Below are positions 57,385 to 64,000 of a DNA stretch of 64,000 nt, in pieces. The stretch is from Patescibacteria group bacterium (GTDB lineage: Bacteria > Patescibacteriota > Dojkabacteria > J137): positions 11,569 through 75,568 of the forward strand of contig BOLA01000001.1 of NCBI GenBank assembly GCA_016861265.1, read 5' to 3'. Position 1 is the stretch's first letter; every line of letters begins with the position of its first letter. The notes under the pieces were generated by a model that ran no database searches, was not told where the DNA came from, and was given only the letters and a program-made list of their open reading frames with translations. The position numbers were made by a program, and so were the translations under genes.

Positions 57385-57493
57385 ATCAAACATTGAGTAC
57401 ACACCCATAATCTAGTAATATCGTCAGTTTTAGTAATTTATCGATTATGAAGCCGTTTTAGGCGTGTGTGTACGATAGTTTGTTTATTAAGAC

Positions 57494-57522
57494 AATAAAA
57501 AGCCTTTGCGTTAGCAAAGGCT
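57494..57522 (-). terminator. rho-independent terminator downstream of asnS (minus strand)
   Basis: Minus strand: AGCCTTTGC-taac-GCAAAGGCT followed by TTTTATTG. Confidence 0.5.
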
Positions 57523-57543
57523 TTAAGGTAGCAATTATTAGTA

Positions 57544-58842
57544 TTATGGTTTACTTAATACTGTTGTTCGTGGGAATGGAATTGTTTCTCTAATGTGGTG
57601 TACTCCACTAATCCATCTTACTGTTCTTTCTAATCCAATTCCAAATCCAGAGTGCTCAACTGAACCATACTTTCTGATATTTAAATACCACTCATAATCT
57701 TCTACCTTATAGTTTCTAGCTTTTAATTCAGTTAGTAACTTTTCATAGTCGTCTTCTCTTTGAGATCCGCCAATAATTTCTCTTGCTTCTTCTGGTGCAA
57801 TTAAGTCTGCATTTATAGCTCTCTTCATTCCTCTTTCGTCTACGTAGTTCTTCATATAGAATGCTTTTACCTCGAATGGATAATCTTCTATAAATACAGG
57901 AATTCCAAAGTGATTACCGATTGCAATTTCTTCTTCTGTCGTCATGTCGTCGTTGTAGTCAACTTTAAAGCCTTGTTCTTCTAAAAGTTTTTTAGCATCG
58001 TATTGCTTCATTCTAATAAACTTCTCGTCTACAGCTCTTTGCAAAACAGTTGTGTCTCTTTCCAGAACTTTTAATTCCTCTTTACAGTTTTCTAGACAAT
58101 CCTTAATAATTCTCTTTACCAATCCTTCCTGAACATCTTCGTTCATTTGCTGATTATGGTAAGCCATTTCTGCATCCATCATCCAGAATTCAGACAAGTG
58201 GTTTCTTGTTTTACTCTTTTCTGCTCTAAATACAGGTCCAAAGTCATAAGCTTTGCCTAGTCCCATAATGCCTGCCTCTAAGTACAATTGACCTGACTGA
58301 GTCAAATACATTTTGCTTTCGTAGTAATCCATTTCGAATAATTGCGATGTATCTTCCGCACTTGTTGGCTGTAATACTGGTGTATCGAATCTTACAAAGC
58401 CTTGTTCGTAAAAGTAGTTTGTAATTGATCTAAAAACTTGGTCTCTAATTCTTAAAACTGCCCATGGTGTTTTCGCTCTTAAATATAAGTCCCTGTTTTC
58501 GAATAAAAATTCTGGACCATGTTCTTTTTTACCGATAGGGAATTCAGGGGCAATATTTACAGCCTTAACTTCTTTAACTTGCAACTCAAAACCAGTTGGA
58601 CTTCTTGGTTCTTCTTTTAATAAACCTGTAATTATACAGCTTGATTCTATAGTTAAGTCCTGACTTGCCTGCCAGCTTTCTTCTGATACTGTTGCTTTTT
58701 CAACTACGCCCTGAATATAGCCGGAGCCATCTCTTAATTGCAAAAATGCAATCTTGCCTGAACTTCTTTTGTTGTACATCCATCCTTTTAAAGTGACTTC
58801 TTGATCAACAAAATCTTTTGATTTTGAAATTGTGTATTCCAT
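57544..58842 (-). CDS. asnS: asparaginyl-tRNA synthetase
   Basis: 432 aa. Class IIb motif 2 FRAEKSKTRNHLSEFWMMDAEMAY. Motif 3 region GSVEHSGFGIGLERTVRWISGVHHIRETIPFPR. N-terminal OB fold. Confidence 0.8.
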   Translation of the reverse strand: MEYTISKSKDFVDQEVTLKGWMYNKRSSGKIAFLQLRDGSGYIQGVVEKATVSEESWQASQDLTIESSCIITGLLKEEPRSPTGFELQVKEVKAVNIAPEFPIGKKEHGPEFLFENRDLYLRAKTPWAVLRIRDQVFRSITNYFYEQGFVRFDTPVLQPTSAEDTSQLFEMDYYESKMYLTQSGQLYLEAGIMGLGKAYDFGPVFRAEKSKTRNHLSEFWMMDAEMAYHNQQMNEDVQEGLVKRIIKDCLENCKEELKVLERDTTVLQRAVDEKFIRMKQYDAKKLLEEQGFKVDYNDDMTTEEEIAIGNHFGIPVFIEDYPFEVKAFYMKNYVDERGMKRAINADLIAPEEAREIIGGSQREDDYEKLLTELKARNYKVEDYEWYLNIRKYGSVEHSGFGIGLERTVRWISGVHHIRETIPFPRTTVLSKP

Positions 58843-58850
58843 ATAATAAT

Positions 58851-60179
58851 TTAAGGATTTAATCTTCTTGGATTTCTAAAAATAAACATAGATTCTCTAA
58901 TAGATTCTAAGCCTAACATCTTCATTAATAGTCTGCTTGGGCCCATACCTAAACCTCCATGAGGTGGCATTCCATATCTAAAGAAGTCTAAGTAGAATTG
59001 AATTAATTCTATGTTCATTCCTTTTTCTTTAGCCTGCTCTACTAGTTTTTCGTATCTGTGTTCTCTTTGTGCACCTGTTGTAATTTCAATTCCTTTGTAC
59101 ATTAAGTCAAAGCTCTTTGTTAATTTTTGATTATCTTCGTGTCGCATGTGGTAAAAAGGTCTTACCTCAATTGGATAATCTGTAACAAATACAAAGTCAT
59201 GATGTAATTCTGTTTCTACATAGTTACCAAGAGCTTTTTCTTCTTCACTGCTTAAGTCTCCTTCTTTTTCGGATTTTATTCCTATCTTAGCAAGAATAGT
59301 TTTTGCCTCTACCATAGTCATTTTAGGGAATGGTATAGTTGGAACCTTTAACTCAACACCCATAGTTTTTTTTATTTCTTCTCCATATTTTTCAACAACT
59401 TTCTGAATTGCAAATGCAATAAGCTTTTCTTCCTCAGCCATTACATCAAAATGAGAATCAATGTAACTTAATTCAGCATCGTAGCCAGTAAATTCAGTTG
59501 TATGTCTAATTGTATTTGAGTTTTCAGCTCTAAATACTGATCCAATTTCGAATACTCTCTCAAAGCCCGCAGCCATAGCCATTTGCTTATAAAACTGTGG
59601 CGATTGAGCCAAATATGCAGTTCTATCAAAGTATTTAACTTCAAATACTTCTGCGCCGGTTTCACTTGGAGCACCTAAAATCTTTGGAGTATGAATTTCC
59701 ATATAATTATTAGTGGTCCAATATTCAATCATTGCTCTTTCTAGCTCTGTCCAAACTTTAAATGTTAAAAGCTTTTCGGGTTTTCTAAGATCTAGCCATC
59801 TATAGTCCATTCTTGTGTCGGCTTCTGATTCGTTTTGTGCTTTTGCGTTAATTTGTAACGGTAGGCCTTCGGATTTACTTAAGATTTTGTATTCTTTAAC
59901 CTCAATTTCGAATGCACCTAATTGTTGATCAGCTTTTACAGCTTTCTCTGGTCTAGCCTTAACAAGACCAACAATTTCAATAACTGATTCCAGGGTTACA
60001 TCTCGCATATTTTCGCTGCCTTCCAAGTTATACGCAACGCATTGAACCTTACCCGTAATGTCTCTAAGATCAACAAAAGTCAATTTTGCACTTTGTTCTC
60101 TTTGGTTTTCGGCAAATCCAACTATTTTTACAGTTGAACCTACAAGGTTTGGTAGGTCTTTTAAATATGTTCTTTCCAT
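58851..60179 (-). CDS. aspS: aspartyl-tRNA synthetase, archaeal/type-2 form (possibly non-discriminating)
   Basis: 442 aa. FRAENSNTIRHTTEFTGYDAE. C-terminal RYGMPPHGGLGMGPSRLLM (the GMPPHGG hallmark of type-2 AspRS). No large insertion domain. Confidence 0.8.
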   Translation of the reverse strand: MERTYLKDLPNLVGSTVKIVGFAENQREQSAKLTFVDLRDITGKVQCVAYNLEGSENMRDVTLESVIEIVGLVKARPEKAVKADQQLGAFEIEVKEYKILSKSEGLPLQINAKAQNESEADTRMDYRWLDLRKPEKLLTFKVWTELERAMIEYWTTNNYMEIHTPKILGAPSETGAEVFEVKYFDRTAYLAQSPQFYKQMAMAAGFERVFEIGSVFRAENSNTIRHTTEFTGYDAELSYIDSHFDVMAEEEKLIAFAIQKVVEKYGEEIKKTMGVELKVPTIPFPKMTMVEAKTILAKIGIKSEKEGDLSSEEEKALGNYVETELHHDFVFVTDYPIEVRPFYHMRHEDNQKLTKSFDLMYKGIEITTGAQREHRYEKLVEQAKEKGMNIELIQFYLDFFRYGMPPHGGLGMGPSRLLMKMLGLESIRESMFIFRNPRRLNP

Positions 60180-60387
60180 AAATGTTTTTATATATAGTTA
60201 TTATTATAGTTAATTGTAATAGGTTTAAGATCCCATCGGGGATCGATAGTTCTATAATTACTGCCACGAAGACTTACAAAACCTAATGTAGACAGGCAAC
60301 AACAACAGCAGACTAAGAGAAGTACCAATAAAATAAATAGTTTTAATGCGTTTTTTCCTTCCATATATTACTCAGTTGAGTATAAAA

Positions 60388-60459
60388 CTGGGGAACTAGG
60401 ATTCGAACCTAGAACCTTCCCGTTAACAGCGGGCAGCTCTACCGTTGAGCTATTCCCCA
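60388..60459 (-). tRNA. tRNA-Asn (anticodon GUU)
   Basis: rc is TGGGGAATAGCTCAACGGTAGAGCTGCCCGCTGTTAACGGGAAGGTTCTAGGTTCGAATCCTAGTTCCCCAG. 7-bp acceptor stem TGGGGAA/TTCCCCA. D-stem GCTC/GAGC. Anticodon stem CCCG/CGGG, loop CTGTTAA. T-arm CTAGG-TTCGAAT-CCTAG. Discriminator G. Confidence 0.85.
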
Positions 60460-60486
60460 ATAATCAAATAATATTACTACAAAAGC

Positions 60487-60512
60487 TATAAAAAAACTCC
60501 CTTTTGGGAGTT
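60487..60512 (-). terminator. rho-independent terminator upstream of tRNA-Asn (would terminate a minus-strand transcript coming from the GC-rich element)
   Basis: Plus strand AAAAAAACTCCC-TTTT-GGGAGTTTCTTTTATTTT. On the minus strand the hairpin is followed by TTTTTTTAT. Confidence 0.5.
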
Positions 60513-60649
60513 TCTTTTATTTTATAGAAATAATAAGATAACTCCCTTATAGGCAGTAATTATCGTTATTATTATTGTTCAATTGTATTCTATTCATTTT
60601 GTTCTTTAAGTTGTATTGAGCGCGAAGTAAGTGAATAACCTCGCGCCCA

Positions 60650-60960
60650 ATGTGTTCCCTTGGCTCTCGCCTCGGGGGCTTTGTCCCCAGTCTTCTTCGA
60701 CCAGGAACCAGACTGAACGGACCGGATACCGTTGCAGGGTCGCTCTCTTGCGAGGAACGACCACTGCGGCCTTATGGGGTTATTGAATTATATAAACAAA
60801 AAAATATATACGCAACTGTTTTTTTTTATTTATGGCAAATATTTATTGAAGGTGGTAAAAGTTGGAGGCTAGCTCAAGTGCAGCCGACCTCCAACCTTCG
60901 TCTAAGGTATTCCCCTAGACACTAACGGAACCCATCAGGTCATCTGTCTACACAGTACCA
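60650..60960. ncRNA. unclassified GC-rich structured RNA candidate (two GC-rich halves separated by an AT-rich/T9 segment)
   Basis: Local GC far above the ~32% background. Perfect nested hairpins: GGGG-GCTTTGT-CCCC; CAGTCT...AGACTG; AACGG-ACCGGATA-CCGTT; GCAG-GGTCG-CTC-TCTTGC-GAG-gaa-CGACC-a-CTGC; GTTGGAGG-N19-CCTCCAAC. The only ORF here (60650..60925) is Arg/Gly/Pro-rich, a typical artefact of GC-rich non-coding sequence. Not matched by eye to RNase P (no GGAAAGUCCGG or GGGUGAAA), tmRNA (no tRNA-like 3' end) or SRP consensus. Confidence 0.4.
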
Positions 60961-61074
60961 ATGGAGAATTCCGTACTCAAGCCGTATAAAAATGATCTTG
61001 AGTAAATAAATTATATTAGTATTAAATTAACTGCGCAATATTTAAATGTATAATAAAGTATTTAAATTAAAATT

Positions 61075-61563
61075 ATGGATAAAGGCAATATTATAGTTCA
61101 AAAAATTAAGAACTTACTGGAACAAAATAATGTAGACTATAGGTACATGGAACATGAGCCCACACCAACCAGTGAAGACGCCGCAAGGGTTAGAGGAACA
61201 AAACCGGAAGAAGGCGCTAAGGCAATAATTTTAAGAACTTCTAAAACTAATAAAAATGTAATGGTTGTTCTACCCGGAAATTTAAAAATAAACTCAAAGA
61301 ATGTAAAAAACTATATTGCAGAAGATATAAGTTTTGAGGATCCCAATATTATATTGCAGAAATTTGGATTAATAATAGGTGGTGTTCCACCATTTGCAAA
61401 TTTAATAGACAATCAAATTATTTTTTTAATAGATGAAAAGTTATTCTTAAATGAAAATATTTCGTTTAATTGCGGAAAAAAGACTGCATCAATTACAATG
61501 AATGCTAAAGAATATAAAACAATAATTGAAGAATATGCGACTGTAGGAAATTTCGCTAAATGA
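61075..61563 (+). CDS. ybaK: YbaK/ProX-family aminoacyl-tRNA deacylase
   Basis: 162 aa. ...GAKAIILRTSKTNKNVMVVLPGNLKINSKNV...GGVPPF matches YbaK-type trans-editing domain patterns. Confidence 0.7.
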   Translation: MDKGNIIVQKIKNLLEQNNVDYRYMEHEPTPTSEDAARVRGTKPEEGAKAIILRTSKTNKNVMVVLPGNLKINSKNVKNYIAEDISFEDPNIILQKFGLIIGGVPPFANLIDNQIIFLIDEKLFLNENISFNCGKKTASITMNAKEYKTIIEEYATVGNFAK

Positions 61564-61968
61564 TGTCAAAAATAAATACTAAAAGTATTTGTTTTAATAC
61601 GCTTTATAGCATGTATTAAAGTAGATTTTATGAATATCCAAGCGCTTGGTGTTCCGAAATATTTTGGTAAACGGTTCGCGTACATACCATAAGTACACAA
61701 AGGATTTTGCCTACTTACAGCAACTTACTGTCTCTTAATATTCCGAAACTATTCGACATAATCTTAGCAATTTTCAGCCCTCAATTCAATACTCTAAAAC
61801 ACATCAATTCCTAAAACGATTAACTGTCTCAAAATAATCTAAGAGAAAATTTTCTTATAAGTCATTTTCAAGCCTATAGTTTTAAATTGCTCTTACGTAT
61901 ATGTAAATCTTTTTTTAAAATCAAAAATCATTTAGAATAAGATTAAATGTATTACACATATTAATTTC

Positions 61969-63201
61969 ATGATAAAAAAAATATCACTTTTGATTTTAAT
62001 TTTAATAGCAGCTGTACCGGTATATGCACAGAATCTAAATTCAACTACATATACTTTAATTGCACCCTCTATTGATTCTAATTCAGGAATATCGAATTCA
62101 ACTAACTATTCAATACTGCAAGATTCCTCACCTGTGGATGATTACATTACAACGAGTTCAACCTACAGATTTACCGGAGGAACTGCTGAGTTTATAGAAG
62201 CAAAAACGCCATCTATAATATGTTTTGAAACATCAACTAATAGTAGCACTACAACCTGTACAGGAGTACCTGGAGGAGATGGAATGAGAGGCGTTTGTTC
62301 TAGTCCAGGTTGCTACGATAGGGCAAAACTGGAATTTAACACGCAAAATAACAGCGACGATGTTAAATATGCGATTCAAATAGCAACTAACGCAGCTTTT
62401 ACAACAGGAGTACAGTATATAAGTGGTGCCAGCCATACTCCAAAGGCTACATTAACCCTTTCAGATTTTCTATATCAATGCGAGTGGGAAGGTAATATCT
62501 ATTCATCATACTGTGTATCTACAAATACCACATACCAAAAATACAATATTCTTGGATTAACGCATGGGACTCTTTACTATATAAGAGTAGCTGCACTTAA
62601 AGGTTCAACCTCAGCTGCTAATTTTACCCAAAGTGATTGGAGTGCATCTGCAACTGCTACGACACAAAATACAACCATTAGTTTTGATATTGATATTGCT
62701 CCAAATTCATCAACACCGACTAATCCTCCTTACGCATTAAGAAATATAAATATAATCCCTGAAAGTACATTTGTATCTGATGATTATTTATTCTTAAAAT
62801 CAACTACGAATGCATTAAATGGAGTTTATGTTACTGCATCTGTTGCCGGTAGTTTGTTATACAATAATATTACAGGAGACACCATAGATACTTATTCCGG
62901 AGACCTAGATACACAGGCCAGTGGTTGGGGAATAATTAATATAACAGCAACAAATTCTGCTTCAAACACAGCAAACCTAGGAGATATAATTATTTATACT
63001 TTTCCAGTTGATTTTACGGAAACAGGTGCCGCGAACAAAGTTGGTGGACTATTAACTTCACCAAGACCCCTATTTTATTCGGATCTAAAACCATTGTACA
63101 ATGGAGTTGCAGGTTTTAAGTTTAAAGCCAGAACCGATTATAGCAAGCCAGCCGGGCAATATAGCCAGACAATGTATATAAACGTAGCAACTCTTAACTA
63201 A
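61969..63201 (+). CDS. secreted Thr/Ser/Asn-rich surface protein (410 aa)
   Basis: Signal peptide ISLLILILIAAVPVYAQN. Cys pairs near the N-terminus. Beta-rich repeats. C-terminal ...KPAGQYSQTMYINVATLN resembles the terminal strand of 22760..23908. Confidence 0.55.
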   Translation: MIKKISLLILILIAAVPVYAQNLNSTTYTLIAPSIDSNSGISNSTNYSILQDSSPVDDYITTSSTYRFTGGTAEFIEAKTPSIICFETSTNSSTTTCTGVPGGDGMRGVCSSPGCYDRAKLEFNTQNNSDDVKYAIQIATNAAFTTGVQYISGASHTPKATLTLSDFLYQCEWEGNIYSSYCVSTNTTYQKYNILGLTHGTLYYIRVAALKGSTSAANFTQSDWSASATATTQNTTISFDIDIAPNSSTPTNPPYALRNINIIPESTFVSDDYLFLKSTTNALNGVYVTASVAGSLLYNNITGDTIDTYSGDLDTQASGWGIINITATNSASNTANLGDIIIYTFPVDFTETGAANKVGGLLTSPRPLFYSDLKPLYNGVAGFKFKARTDYSKPAGQYSQTMYINVATLN

Positions 63202-63222
63202 TTTATATTTTATTAAATTTTT

Positions 63223-64000
63223 ATGATAGATTTAGGAATATCAGACGCTTTCACGAGCCTGTTTCGAGAAAGAAGATGGTGGGTTAAGCTTGGGTTAATT
63301 TCTGCACTAACTTTTTTCATAACCGTTCTTTCTTTAGTTGTAGAACTAATTAAACCAGAAAAAGGAGTAATAAATGCCAAAACTATTACATCCGTGGAAT
63401 ATACTTCCGTAATGATTTTCAGTGTAATCTCACTTATATTAATTGCTGTATTGTTAATCTCTTCACTTTGGTACACATACGAAAATATTCAAGCAGGAAT
63501 TCAGAAAAGACAAACCAAACTAGTTTGGGAGTATTCAGTATCTAATACTCTAAAGAAGATAGGTAAATACTTTATAGTATCTATAGTTTATGGGGTAATA
63601 GGACTAATTTTATTAATTATATTTGTAGGCATACCGGCACTTATTGTTTTTTCCTTAAGCTTTGCACTATTTCAAGGTGAACCTAAGGATTTATATCAGC
63701 TCGTACCATTCCTTATTGTTTTGATCTGCTGTGTATTTGGAGTAATATTATTTGTAGTGTCATTAGTATTCTCATTATTTACTACACCGGGCTATTTAAG
63801 ACTTATAGCAACTAACACCTTCAGTGAAGCATTCCACTTTGGTTCTAACTGGAGAATAGGAAAAAAGTACATTTGGTATTTTTTGGGTGTATCGTTATTA
63901 TTCGTGGTGCTAACAGGAGTGATATCTTTTGTATCATCCTTTTTTAGTATATTCGGAGTATCTTTGAGCTTGATTAATCCAATAATGGGTCTTATAGTTC
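63223..64000 (+). CDS. polytopic membrane protein, partial (runs off window end)
   Basis: Open frame from the ATG at 63223 to the end of the window (~259 aa), so absent from the stop-bounded ORF track. MIDLGISDAFTSLFRERRWWVKLGLISALTFF... with >=5 TM helices. The 87-aa antisense ORF 63213..63476 is likely spurious. Confidence 0.45.
   Translation, partial: MIDLGISDAFTSLFRERRWWVKLGLISALTFFITVLSLVVELIKPEKGVINAKTITSVEYTSVMIFSVISLILIAVLLISSLWYTYENIQAGIQKRQTKLVWEYSVSNTLKKIGKYFIVSIVYGVIGLILLIIFVGIPALIVFSLSFALFQGEPKDLYQLVPFLIVLICCVFGVILFVVSLVFSLFTTPGYLRLIATNTFSEAFHFGSNWRIGKKYIWYFLGVSLLFVVLTGVISFVSSFFSIFGVSLSLINPIMGLIV

Noticed and set aside
60650-60925. 91-aa ORF (MCSLGSRLGGFVPSLLRPGTRLNGPDT...) as a protein-coding gene
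   Set aside because: Arg/Gly/Pro/Leu-rich translation of a GC-rich, hairpin-dense segment with no RBS context. This is typical of non-coding structured RNA read as protein.
60600-60990. Specific identification of the GC-rich element as RNase P RNA, tmRNA or SRP RNA
   Set aside because: I found no GGAAAGUCCGG/GGGUGAAA (RNase P). I found no tRNA-like 3' end with TψC arm and no tag-peptide frame ending in a hydrophobic stretch (tmRNA). There is no convincing GGAAGCAGCC domain-IV motif (SRP). It is left unclassified and not forced into a family.
1-64000. Possibility of an alternative genetic code (UGA=Gly code 25 or UGA=Trp code 4), given the low GC, the small divergent proteins and one in-frame TGA
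   Set aside because: TGA terminates clearly full-length genes: the GNAT gene at 3775-3777, the permease at 18427-18429, the surface protein at 23906-23908 and the DUF1801 paralog at 33076-33078, often in ATGA overlaps with the next start. Large genes (dnaE, mutS, dnaK, cysS) are intact under the standard code. The single internal TGA is therefore local, not recoding.
1-64000. CRISPR arrays, prophage or integrative elements, transposases, rRNA operons
   Set aside because: I found no regularly spaced direct repeats, no integrase, recombinase or transposase motifs, and no rRNA-like conserved stretches. The three tRNA genes are not flanked by integrase genes or direct-repeat att-like duplications.

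Overview
This window is AT-rich bacterial chromosomal DNA of roughly 32% GC, with short intergenic spacers and many ATGA or TAATG start/stop overlaps. TGA, TAG and TAA all terminate clearly complete genes, so the standard bacterial code applies and TGA is not recoded to Gly or Trp. I cannot assign the lineage from sequence alone. Many family signatures (hrcA-grpE-dnaK, RodZ-like, YvcK/CofD-like, DUF1801 pair, COG0701+TIGR03943 pair, type-2 AspRS + AsnRS) look Firmicutes-like but are highly diverged, so an uncultivated small-genome lineage is possible.

Recognisable housekeeping genes are dnaE, the hrcA-grpE-dnaK heat-shock operon, mutS, efp plus an EpmA-like LysRS paralog, pyrD, msrB, cysS, an asnS/aspS(type 2)/tRNA-Asn unit, a GatA-like amidase, pepF, rsmE, a ZIP transporter divergent from a Fur-family regulator, and glycosyltransferases. 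Three tRNAs are present: tRNA-Ala(GGC), tRNA-Gly(UCC) and tRNA-Asn(GUU). I found no rRNA, CRISPR array, integrase or transposase.

The most system-like accessory feature is an all-plus-strand block of signal-peptide proteins spanning about 17.3-25.8 kb. Its core, 20.7-25.8 kb, has two Thr/Ser/Asn/Gly-rich secreted proteins interleaved with three homologous proteins of about 315-320 aa that end in a C-terminal transmembrane anchor. One of those three is disrupted at an A7 homopolymer. This block abuts, tail to tail, a GldA / fused GldF-GldG / DUF4340-like ABC module.

Other points of note:
- A roughly 310-nt GC-rich island (60650-60960) folds into several perfect hairpins and is probably a structured ncRNA that I could not classify.
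- A terminator/antiterminator-like leader sits 10 nt upstream of a small ORF-cysS unit.
- A LOG-like Rossmann domain is fused to a 440-aa low-complexity region.
- A DUF1801 paralog carries an in-frame TGA.
- The efp/EpmA-like pair has no epmB in the window.
- A cytoplasmic histidine kinase with no partner regulator is translationally coupled to dnaE.
- A degenerate CIRCE-like inverted repeat lies between grpE and dnaK.
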